This document shows positions 24,055 through 32,000 of a stretch of DNA of 32,000 nucleotides, piece after piece. The stretch spans positions 1-32,000 of the forward strand of contig NZ_JAQFIQ010000019.1 of NCBI RefSeq assembly GCF_029504745.1, given 5' to 3'. The notes beneath the pieces are model-generated. The model was not told the origin of the DNA. It searched no databases and saw nothing but the letters and a program-made list of their open reading frames with translations. The stretch comes from Breznakia sp. PF5-3. Its GTDB lineage: Bacteria > Bacillota_I > Bacilli_A > Erysipelotrichales > Erysipelotrichaceae. The position numbers were made by a program, and so were the translations under genes. Each line of letters begins with the position of its first letter. The stretch's first letter is position 1.

Positions 24055-26324
24055 AGGTTCTTAAGTATGTAAAGAAGTACTGGCTAGCGCTGATTTGTAT
24101 CATAGCGTTATTATATGGACAAGCACAAGCCGAATTAGCACTACCAGATTACATGAGTAATATTGTTACTTATGGTATTCAAACTGGTGGATTTGATGAA
24201 GTCGTACCTGAGATTATAAGTCAGGAAACGATGGATAATGCAATGATATTTATGAGCGATGACGATAAGGAGTTTGTGTTATCACAATATAATTATCAAG
24301 AGTTCAAAGATATCGATAATAAAGATTTACCATATGAAATTGATATGTCAGACAAAAGTGTTGTGAAGGACACTGGACTTTATGTTTTAAAAAGTGAGAT
24401 ATCAGATACAAACTTCGATAAACTTACAAAAGCAATGGGTGAACCAATGTTAATGGTTACCTCACTTGAATCTATCGTGAATGGTGATACAAGTTTAATG
24501 GAAGAAGAGGATAAGAAACAGATTGAAGAAATGCTTGCTCAAATTCCAGAAGGTATGACAATTTTCGATATGATGAGAATGATGCCACAAGAACAATTAG
24601 ACGAACAGATGAATGACTTCACTGCAAAGTTTGATGCGATTGGTGAATCAGCAATCGAAATTGCTGCAGCTTCAGGAGTAAAAGCAGAATATGCAAAGTT
24701 AGGTGTTGATGTAAACACAATTCAAACGAATTATATTATGTCGACGGGATTAACAATGTTATTAATCTCATTAGGTGGGGGACTTTGTGCTATTTTAGTA
24801 GGATATTTCTCTAGTAGAATGGCTGCCAAAGTTTCAAGAAATATGAGACAAGATACATTTGAAAAAGTTGAATCATTCTCAAGTACAGAATTAAACAAGT
24901 TTTCTACAGCTTCTTTGATTACGCGTACAACAAATGATATCCAACAAGTGCAGATGGCACTTATTATGACCCTGCGTATTGCAATCTATGCACCAATTAT
25001 GGCGTTTGGAGCAATTGTAAGAGTTATGAATTCATCAACAAGTATGGTTTGGATTATTGCCTTAGTTGTAGTAATTATTATAGGTGTTATGATTGCGACA
25101 TTTGCAATTGCAGGTCCTAAGTTTAGAATCATGCAAAAACTTGTTGATAAATTAAACTTAGTAACTCGTGAGTCATTAAGTGGTATGCTGGTTATTCGTG
25201 CATTTCATACTGAAGAAGTGGAAGAAGAACGTTTCGATGAAGCAAGTACAGCAAAACGTAAAGTAGACTTATTTACATCACGTACGATGTCTGTAGTAAT
25301 GCCTATTGTTACGTTCATCTTTAGTGCTACTTCATTATTGATTGTATGGATGGCATCACATGAGATTGATTTAGGAACAATGCAGATTGGTGATATGATG
25401 GCATTTATTCAATATTCAATGCAAATCATTATGTCATTTATGATGTTAGCAATGATTTCAATTATGTTACCAAGAGCGGGTGTAGCTGCAAAACGTATTT
25501 TTGAAGTATTGGAAACACCACTTAGTATTGCAGATCCAGAGTATCCAGAAACATTTAGCGATGATATGAAAGGGTTTGTTGAATTTAAGGATGTAAGTTT
25601 CCGCTATCCTGGAGCTGAAGAAGATGTTTTACATGATATTAACTTTGTAGCGAAACCAAGACAGACTACAGCATTTATTGGTAGTACAGGAAGTGGTAAA
25701 AGTACAATTATTAATCTAGTACCTCGTTTCTTTGATGTTACGAGTGGAAGCATTGAGGTAGATGGATTAGATGTACGTAATGTTACTCAAAAAGATTTAA
25801 GAGCTAAAATTGGATTAGTACCACAAAAAGGTGTATTGTTCTCAGGAACAATTGAATCTAACATTAAATATAGTGATGAAACGATGAATGATAGTGTTAT
25901 GGAAGAAGCAAGTGAAGTTGCTCAAGCAACAGAATTTATTGATTCTAAACCAGAGCGTTATGAAACAGAAATTGCGCAAGGTGGATCGAATGTATCAGGT
26001 GGTCAAAAACAAAGAATTTCAATTGCAAGAGCAATTGCGAAACAACCTGAAATCTTTATCTTTGATGATAGTTTTAGTGCACTTGACTTTAAGACTGATG
26101 CAAATCTTCGTGAAGCGTTATATAAACTTTGTCAGAAGACAGGAAGTACAGTTCTGCTTGTAGGACAAAGAATTGCATCAATTATGAATGCAGATCAAAT
26201 TATTGTATTAGATGAAGGGAAAATTGTAGGTAAGGGAACTCACAATGAGTTAATGAAAACTTGTGAGGTTTATCAAGAAATTGCCTACTCACAACTAAGT
26301 AAGGAGGAACTTGAAAATGAGTAA
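24048..26324 (+). CDS. ABC exporter half-transporter (TMD-NBD), the degenerate-site subunit, with a large TM1-TM2 extracytoplasmic insert
   Basis: Walker A GSTGSGKST and canonical signature VSGGQKQRISIARA. Walker B is IFIFDDSFSALD, with Asp replacing the catalytic Glu. The H-loop is GQRI, with Gln replacing His. It overlaps the marR stop by 7 nt. Confidence 0.9.
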   Translation: MLKVLKYVKKYWLALICIIALLYGQAQAELALPDYMSNIVTYGIQTGGFDEVVPEIISQETMDNAMIFMSDDDKEFVLSQYNYQEFKDIDNKDLPYEIDMSDKSVVKDTGLYVLKSEISDTNFDKLTKAMGEPMLMVTSLESIVNGDTSLMEEEDKKQIEEMLAQIPEGMTIFDMMRMMPQEQLDEQMNDFTAKFDAIGESAIEIAAASGVKAEYAKLGVDVNTIQTNYIMSTGLTMLLISLGGGLCAILVGYFSSRMAAKVSRNMRQDTFEKVESFSSTELNKFSTASLITRTTNDIQQVQMALIMTLRIAIYAPIMAFGAIVRVMNSSTSMVWIIALVVVIIIGVMIATFAIAGPKFRIMQKLVDKLNLVTRESLSGMLVIRAFHTEEVEEERFDEASTAKRKVDLFTSRTMSVVMPIVTFIFSATSLLIVWMASHEIDLGTMQIGDMMAFIQYSMQIIMSFMMLAMISIMLPRAGVAAKRIFEVLETPLSIADPEYPETFSDDMKGFVEFKDVSFRYPGAEEDVLHDINFVAKPRQTTAFIGSTGSGKSTIINLVPRFFDVTSGSIEVDGLDVRNVTQKDLRAKIGLVPQKGVLFSGTIESNIKYSDETMNDSVMEEASEVAQATEFIDSKPERYETEIAQGGSNVSGGQKQRISIARAIAKQPEIFIFDDSFSALDFKTDANLREALYKLCQKTGSTVLLVGQRIASIMNADQIIVLDEGKIVGKGTHNELMKTCEVYQEIAYSQLSKEELENE

Positions 26325-28251
26325 TAACGATACACAAACAAGAAAACCTCCTGTAACAAATGCTGGACCTGTTGGTGGACATGGAAGAGGACCCGGAGGT
26401 GGAGGTGCAAGAGCTGGAGAAAAAGCGAAAGACTTCAAAGGTAGTGTAAAAAAGATGTTTAATTACATGCGTAACTATCGTATTCAGTTATATATTATTT
26501 TCTTCTTTGCAGCTTTAAGTACAGTCTTTGCAATTGTAGGACCTAAGATTTTAGGGGAAGCTACAACAACTTTATCTGAAGGGCTAATGGCAAAAGCAAG
26601 TGGTTCTGGTGAAATTGACTTTGGTAGAATTCAAGAAATATTATTATTACTTACAGGTATGTATTTATTTAGTGCATTCTGTTCTTATATTCAAGGATTT
26701 ATGATGGCAGGTATTTCACAAAAAATGGCTTATAGTTTAAGAAAAGACATTAGTGAAAAAATAAACCGTTTACCACTGTCTTATTACGATAAAACATCAC
26801 AAGGTGATGTACTATCAAGAGTTACCAACGATGTTGATTCAATTGGACAAAGTTTGAGTCAAGGAGTTACACAAGTAATCACATCAGTAATGATGGTTGT
26901 TGGAGTTGCAATCATGATGTTCTCAATATCATGGATGATGACTCTTGTGGCAATGATTGTATTGCCGATATCAGCGATTCTTGTAATGGTTGTAACAAAG
27001 CGTTCACAAAAGTATTTCGTTCAACAACAAGCTTCGCTAGGGGCGCTTAATGGACATGTTGAAGAGATGTATGGTGGACATATGGTTGTGAAAGCATTTA
27101 ATGGTGAAGAAGATTCAATTGAAAAGTTTAGTGAACAAAATGAAGAGTTATACAACTCTGCTTGGAAGTCACAATTCTTATCTGGTCTTATGATGCCAAT
27201 TACTACATTCATTGGAAATATTGGATATGTATTAGTTTGTTTACTAGGTGGATACTTGGCAACACACACATCGGTTACATTATTAGGAATCACATTTGCT
27301 GGAATTGGAATTGCAATTGGAGATATTCAAGCGTTTATTCAATATGTAAGACAATTCAACCAACCATTAGCACAAATGGCACAAACAATTAATATGTTAC
27401 AAAGTGCTGCCGCTGCTAGTGAACGTGTATTTGAATTCTTGAATGAAAAAGAAATGGAACCAGATACATCCAACCCAGTTGAAATTCATGACCAAAAGGG
27501 TGATATTATAATCCCTAGTACGGTTACATTTGACCAAGTTGAGTTTGGCTATAATCCAGATAAGATTATTATTAATGACTTTAACCTTCGTGTAGGGGAA
27601 GGTCAAAAGGTTGCTATTGTAGGACCGACAGGAGCAGGGAAGACAACAATTGTAAAATTGTTAATGCGCTTCTATGAATTAAACAGTGGTGCTATCTATG
27701 TTGGTGATCACAATATTTGTGATTATCGTAGAGATGACTTACGAAGTATGTTTGGTATGGTTTTACAAGATGCATGGTTATTTAATGGAACAGTAATGGA
27801 AAATCTTCGTTATTCAAAGCTTGATGCAACAGATGAAGAAGTGTATGAAGCAGCCAAAGCGGCTAGAGTTGATCATTTTGTGAAAACATTGGAACATGGT
27901 TATGACACAATGTTGAATGAAGAAACAAGTAATATTTCCCAAGGTCAAAAGCAATTGTTAACGATTGCAAGAGCATTCTTAGCTGATCCAAAGATTTTAA
28001 TTCTTGATGAAGCGACAAGCAATGTGGATACGAGAACAGAAGTGTTGATTCAAGAAGGAATGGATGAATTGATGAAGGGAAGAACATCGTTTGTTATTGC
28101 CCATCGTCTATCAACGATTCGCAATGCAAATGTAATTATTGTTATGAATGAAGGGGATATCGTAGAGATTGGAGATCATGAAGAGTTGTTGACTCGAGAT
28201 GGATTCTATGCGAAACTATATAATTCACAATTTGAAGAAGGTGAAGAGTAA
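26317..28251 (+). CDS. ABC exporter half-transporter (TMD-NBD), the consensus-site subunit
   Basis: I prefer ATG 26317, 9 nt after AGGAGG; the track uses TTG 26311. Walker A GPTGAGKTT, Walker B ILILDEATSNVD, H-loop IAHRL. The signature is degenerate (ISQGQKQ). The N-terminal tail is Gly-rich. It overlaps the upstream gene by 8 nt. Confidence 0.9.
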   Translation: MSNNDTQTRKPPVTNAGPVGGHGRGPGGGGARAGEKAKDFKGSVKKMFNYMRNYRIQLYIIFFFAALSTVFAIVGPKILGEATTTLSEGLMAKASGSGEIDFGRIQEILLLLTGMYLFSAFCSYIQGFMMAGISQKMAYSLRKDISEKINRLPLSYYDKTSQGDVLSRVTNDVDSIGQSLSQGVTQVITSVMMVVGVAIMMFSISWMMTLVAMIVLPISAILVMVVTKRSQKYFVQQQASLGALNGHVEEMYGGHMVVKAFNGEEDSIEKFSEQNEELYNSAWKSQFLSGLMMPITTFIGNIGYVLVCLLGGYLATHTSVTLLGITFAGIGIAIGDIQAFIQYVRQFNQPLAQMAQTINMLQSAAAASERVFEFLNEKEMEPDTSNPVEIHDQKGDIIIPSTVTFDQVEFGYNPDKIIINDFNLRVGEGQKVAIVGPTGAGKTTIVKLLMRFYELNSGAIYVGDHNICDYRRDDLRSMFGMVLQDAWLFNGTVMENLRYSKLDATDEEVYEAAKAARVDHFVKTLEHGYDTMLNEETSNISQGQKQLLTIARAFLADPKILILDEATSNVDTRTEVLIQEGMDELMKGRTSFVIAHRLSTIRNANVIIVMNEGDIVEIGDHEELLTRDGFYAKLYNSQFEEGEE

Positions 28252-28280
28252 AGATAATGAGCAATCATTATCTTTTTTTT
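28252..28280 (+). terminator. Rho-independent terminator of the ABC exporter operon
   Basis: AGATAATGA (28252-28260) pairs with TCATTATCT (28265-28273), followed by T7. Confidence 0.85.
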
Positions 28281-28309
28281 GAGTCACTCACTACTCTGAA
28301 TGCAAATCA

Positions 28310-28318
28310 TGGTATAAT
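28310..28318 (+). promoter_or_regulatory. Extended -10 promoter element immediately upstream of recG
   Basis: TGGTATAAT (28310-28318). The recG ATG begins at 28325, 7 nt after the hexamer, with no SD in between. Confidence 0.45.
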
Positions 28319-28324
28319 AGCTTC

Positions 28325-30316
28325 ATGGATTTAAAAGATATTAAAGTGACACCAAAGAAGATTGAAATCTTAAATAGTATGGGAATTGATAGTGTGGAGA
28401 GTCTTATTACACATTATCCTTTTCGTTATGAAGAAAATGCAATAAAACCTTTTTCAAAGTGGGAAAAGGATGAAAAAGTATTTTTTGAAGGATTGATTAT
28501 ATCGGCTCCTAGACTATCACGGTTTGGATATAAGAAGAGTGTTACGCGATTTAAAGTTTTATATGATGATGAAGAGATTAATCTAACTCTGTTTAATCGC
28601 CCTTGGATTCAGAGTTTTAAGCTTAATAATATAATTACTATTTCTGGAAAATATGAAGGAAATAATAAAGTGACAGTTATGCAATATAATTCTCAGCCAA
28701 TTGAAGAACAGTTAGGAATAATTCCGGTATATAATGTAAAAGATGGAATATCTCAAAAAGATTTGCGTAAGTATATGAAAAATGCTTTGGAGAAGGAGAC
28801 GATTCATAATTTTATACCAGAAAATTTACAGAAGAAGTACAAGCTGATTCATAAACAAGAAGCTCTTCAATATATTCATTTCCCTCTTTCACACGAAGCT
28901 TTAAAGCAGAGTGTACGGTGTTTAAAATATGAAGAATTTTTAAAATTTCAATTAAAAATACAATATTATAGACATCAAAATGAAGCAGTTACGAAAGTGG
29001 CAAAAGCTTTTAAACGAAATAAGATAAACGATGTTATTGATACGTTGCCATTTACTTTAACAAGCGATCAAATACAAGCCATTGATGATATTTTAAATGA
29101 CTTAAGCAGTTCTAGAATCATGTATCGATTAATTCAAGGGGATGTAGGAAGTGGAAAAACGTTAGTGGCAGTGATGGCTATGTATGCTTGTGCATTAGCT
29201 GGACAACAAGCAGCTTTTTTGGCACCAACAGAAATTTTAGCGAAACAGCATGCGAACAATGTGAAAAAGGTATTGAACGAATATGATATAAACATAGAAT
29301 TATTATATTCATCGTTGCCTAATAAAGAAAAGTTAGCAATATGTGAACGTCTAGAGGCAGGAGAAATTGATATTTTGATTGGTACTCATGCATTGTTTCA
29401 AGATGGAGTGAATTATCATAATCTTGGTTTGGTTATTGCGGATGAGCAACATCGTTTTGGGGTTGAGCAAAGAAGAAAACTTTTAGACAAAGGAGAGGAT
29501 GTTGATTTCTTATTAATGAGTGCAACACCAATTCCAAGAACTTTAGCTACATCTTTATATGGTGATATGGATGTTAGTACGATAGAAGAATTGCCAAAAG
29601 GGAGAAAAGAAATCATTACAACGTTGGTAAAGGAAAATAGTATGCGTAGTTTTTTGAAAGATGTATTGGATTACATCGATGAAGGAAATCAATGCTATAT
29701 CGTTTGTCCTGCAATTGAACGTAATGATGAATATGTAATGCGTAATGTAGAGGAATTATATAAAAATATGAAAGATACATTGCCTTCGAAATATCGTTTG
29801 CATTATTTACATGGAAAAATGTCAACTGAGGAAAAAGATGATATTATGCAAGCATTTGTAAATAAAGAATTTGATATATTAATCGCTACTAGTGTTATTG
29901 AAGTAGGGGTTGATGTAAGAGATGCAAATATTATGGTCATTTATGATGCTCAACGGTTTGGAATGAGTCAGATTCATCAGTTGCGAGGACGTGTAGGGCG
30001 AGGAGATCGTCAAGGATATTGTTACTTATTAACAAATAGTAAAGACCCAGATTCTTTAAAACGACTTGAAATTTTATGTGAAAGTAGTGATGGGTTTGAA
30101 ATATCACGACAAGATTTACTAATTCGAGGTCCTGGTGACTTGTTAGGGAAGCGCCAAAGTGGGATACCAGGTTTTATTCTTGGAGATATTATCATGGATC
30201 ATAACATTCTTGATGTTGCGAAAGAGGATGCAGAATATTTGTTACAGCATATTTCGCAATATCCACATATTCAAAAATACATTTCGAAAAAGGAATTAAC
30301 TTCTTTTATCGATTAG
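28325..30316 (+). CDS. recG: ATP-dependent DNA helicase RecG
   Basis: Wedge/OB N-terminal region. Helicase motifs GDVGSGKT (I), DEQHRFG (II), SATPIPRT (III), and QLHQLRGRVGRG (VI). 663 aa. Confidence 0.9.
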   Translation: MDLKDIKVTPKKIEILNSMGIDSVESLITHYPFRYEENAIKPFSKWEKDEKVFFEGLIISAPRLSRFGYKKSVTRFKVLYDDEEINLTLFNRPWIQSFKLNNIITISGKYEGNNKVTVMQYNSQPIEEQLGIIPVYNVKDGISQKDLRKYMKNALEKETIHNFIPENLQKKYKLIHKQEALQYIHFPLSHEALKQSVRCLKYEEFLKFQLKIQYYRHQNEAVTKVAKAFKRNKINDVIDTLPFTLTSDQIQAIDDILNDLSSSRIMYRLIQGDVGSGKTLVAVMAMYACALAGQQAAFLAPTEILAKQHANNVKKVLNEYDINIELLYSSLPNKEKLAICERLEAGEIDILIGTHALFQDGVNYHNLGLVIADEQHRFGVEQRRKLLDKGEDVDFLLMSATPIPRTLATSLYGDMDVSTIEELPKGRKEIITTLVKENSMRSFLKDVLDYIDEGNQCYIVCPAIERNDEYVMRNVEELYKNMKDTLPSKYRLHYLHGKMSTEEKDDIMQAFVNKEFDILIATSVIEVGVDVRDANIMVIYDAQRFGMSQIHQLRGRVGRGDRQGYCYLLTNSKDPDSLKRLEILCESSDGFEISRQDLLIRGPGDLLGKRQSGIPGFILGDIIMDHNILDVAKEDAEYLLQHISQYPHIQKYISKKELTSFID

Positions 30317-30343
30317 TATATACTAGTTACAAGGAGATAATTT

Positions 30344-31027
30344 ATGGACACTATATTTACATGGATGGATCAACATAAGATTCCATATAAAAATAAAGAA
30401 TATTTAAAACAAGCGTGTGTACATACTTCGTATTTGAATGAACATTCTACAGTTCATGGGGATAATGAAAGACTTGAGTTCATTGGTGATGCAGTTTTAC
30501 AATTATGGGTAACAAATGCTTTGTTTCACCATGTTCCTGAGTTTGATGAAGGAGTTATGACAACGCTGAGAAGTCAATTGGTTAGAGAAGAGGCGCTTGC
30601 TATATATTGTCGGACACTTGGATGGGATCAATATTTACTATTAGGTATTGGTGAAGAAAAGAGTGGTGGAAGAAAGCGAAATTCATTATTGAGTGATTTA
30701 TTTGAGGCCATTTTAGGTGCTGTATATTTAGATGTTGGATATAAATATATCAATAAAATTTTAAAACCACTTATAACACCTGTAATAGATGCACCAAAAG
30801 AAGATAGTGTAGTTGATTATAAGACAAAGTTACAAGAGTGTATCCAAGCTGATACAAGAAAGACGGTAACTTATCATTTGATTAAAACGACTGGTCCTAG
30901 TAATAATCCTAGTTTTTTAATTGAAGTAAAACTAGATGATATTATCTTAGGAAGAGGAGAAGGTTCTTCAAAGAAAAAAGCAGAACAACAAGCTGCGAAG
31001 GATGCATTTTTAAAAATGGCAAAATAG
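30344..31027 (+). CDS. rnc: Ribonuclease III
   Basis: RNase III signature NERLEFIGDAVL and catalytic SDLFEAILGAVYLD. C-terminal dsRBD (GEGSSKKKAEQQAAKDA). AAGGAG RBS. Confidence 0.9.
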   Translation: MDTIFTWMDQHKIPYKNKEYLKQACVHTSYLNEHSTVHGDNERLEFIGDAVLQLWVTNALFHHVPEFDEGVMTTLRSQLVREEALAIYCRTLGWDQYLLLGIGEEKSGGRKRNSLLSDLFEAILGAVYLDVGYKYINKILKPLITPVIDAPKEDSVVDYKTKLQECIQADTRKTVTYHLIKTTGPSNNPSFLIEVKLDDIILGRGEGSSKKKAEQQAAKDAFLKMAK

Positions 31028-31154
31028 GTTTATTGATATAACATGAGTCAGGGTGAGCAAATGATCAAATTTATTCAATTTAATATCTTTAAATTGGAAA
31101 AACATGATGATTTGAATTGGTTATATTTATTTTGAAAAATAGTTAGGGGCACTT

Positions 31155-32000
31155 ATGATTTATTTAGAATATGGTATATTGGCATTATTGACAGTGTTTT
31201 TGTCAACAAAATTAGCGGGTTATGTGGATGCACTAGATAAAAAAACATCTTTATCTGGTGCGTTTATTGGTGGCGTATTGCTCGCAGCTGTAACTTCACT
31301 GCCGGAGTTGTTTACTTCCTTGACGGCAGTTTTTTCATTGCATGAACCTGCTTTGGTAGAAGGGAACGTGTTAGGAAGTAATATTTTCAATTTATCCATT
31401 CTTGGAGTATTGATGCTTACGTATCGAAAAAAGTTTATGAAAGCAAAGATTGATAAATCAAATAGTTCTTCTTTATTGTTTGCTATTTTAATGTATGGAT
31501 GTACTATTGCAGCATTATTATTGGATAGCAACATAAATATCTTTGGTTTTCATGTTGATATTTTTACGATTATTCTAATTATCATCTATGCTATTTCAGT
31601 AAAGACAATGAGCGACGATAATAGTGAAGAGGAAGGAACAACAGATGTTTCACTTACTGTGAAGCAAATTGCCATTCGGTTTGTAATATTTGCCTTATTA
31701 TTGGTTGCTGTATCCATTATTTTAACCCAAGTATCTGATAAGCTTTCAAAAGAATTATCACTTGGTTCAACCGTAGGAGGAGCTATTTTCTTAGGTGTTG
31801 CAACATCGTTACCAGAATTAAGTGCTTCTGTTTCACTTGTGAAAATGAATAATTTTAATGCTTCCACAGGGAACATCGTAGGAAGCTGTGTATTTAATTT
31901 TATGATTCTTTGCTTTGCAGATATTTTATATACGGGATCCGGAATCTATTCTTATAATCGAGAAGCGATTCTCTTTGCAGGGTGTGGGATAGTTGCATCG
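31155..32000 (+). CDS. CaCA-family cation (Ca2+/Na+ or H+) antiporter, YrbG-like; 5' portion only, runs off the right edge
   Basis: Absent from the ORF track because it has no in-window stop. I hand-translated from ATG 31155 (AGGGG 5 nt upstream) and found 282 codons with no stop up to position 32000. Both alpha-repeat signatures are present: TSLPELFTSL...GNVLGSNIFN and TSLPELSASV...GNIVGSCVFNF. Confidence 0.8.
   Translation, partial: MIYLEYGILALLTVFLSTKLAGYVDALDKKTSLSGAFIGGVLLAAVTSLPELFTSLTAVFSLHEPALVEGNVLGSNIFNLSILGVLMLTYRKKFMKAKIDKSNSSSLLFAILMYGCTIAALLLDSNINIFGFHVDIFTIILIIIYAISVKTMSDDNSEEEGTTDVSLTVKQIAIRFVIFALLLVAVSIILTQVSDKLSKELSLGSTVGGAIFLGVATSLPELSASVSLVKMNNFNASTGNIVGSCVFNFMILCFADILYTGSGIYSYNREAILFAGCGIVAS

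Noticed and set aside
31043-31135. 30-codon ORF (MSQGEQMIKFIQFNIFKLEKHDDLNWLYLF) between rnc and the CaCA gene
   Set aside because: It has no Shine-Dalgarno sequence and no recognisable motif. An ORF of this length is expected by chance.
31220-31876. Minus-strand ORFs 31220-31534 (104 aa) and 31586-31876 (96 aa) from the ORF track
   Set aside because: They lie antisense to a continuous plus-strand frame with clear CaCA alpha-repeat motifs. They have no RBS and their composition is not protein-like, so they are shadow ORFs.
1-32000. CRISPR arrays, tRNA/rRNA genes, prophage or defence-island signatures, and large repeats
   Set aside because: I saw no regularly spaced repeats, no cloverleaf-capable GC-rich segments, no integrase, recombinase, restriction-modification or toxin-antitoxin-like ORFs, and no compositional break. 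Every ORF above about 140 aa is accounted for by a recognisable housekeeping, transport or regulator family.

Overview
AT-rich, densely coding chromosomal segment that looks like a low-GC Bacillota gut anaerobe. This is inferred from codon usage, AGGAGG-type ribosome-binding sites (RBS), a T-box leader and an nrdDG cluster. I support 29 CDSs, two of them cut by the window edges, plus one T-box riboswitch and a set of sigma-A-like promoters and rho-independent terminators. I saw no rRNA, tRNA, CRISPR array, integrase, phage block or recognisable defence island.

Gene order, left to right:
- Tyr-specifier T-box leader, then a COG2984/COG4120/COG1101-type ABC importer
- MarR regulator
- MerR(GyrI-like) regulator with a ClbS/DfsB-like protein
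- Convergent 2x[4Fe-4S] protein, divergent from a Crp/Fnr regulator
- Na,K-ATPase-like P-type ATPase with two half-size TrkA/RCK genes
- Coiled-coil CHAP hydrolase (PcsB-like)
- GNAT acetyltransferase, then pirin and bcp
- Minus strand: fused MacB-type ABC transporter and a membrane-anchored alpha/beta hydrolase
- nrdD-nrdG-dut
- Flavin-reductase-like protein, then rmuC
- MarR regulator with a heterodimeric ABC exporter
- recG, rnc
- The 5' part of a CaCA cation antiporter. The ORF track misses this gene because it runs off the window.

Most of the window is ordinary housekeeping and transport. Candidates worth follow-up:
1. The tightly coupled type-IIC-like P-type ATPase plus two RCK proteins, with no TrkH/KtrB partner in the operon.
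2. The MerR/GyrI-like plus ClbS-like two-gene cassette behind a 19-bp-spacer promoter, possibly a genotoxin-sensing and detoxifying module.
3. The Tyr T-box controlling an uncharacterised-family ABC importer.
4. An ABC exporter subunit with a roughly 195-aa extracytoplasmic insert.

All family assignments come from motif recognition by eye and from memory. No searches were run.
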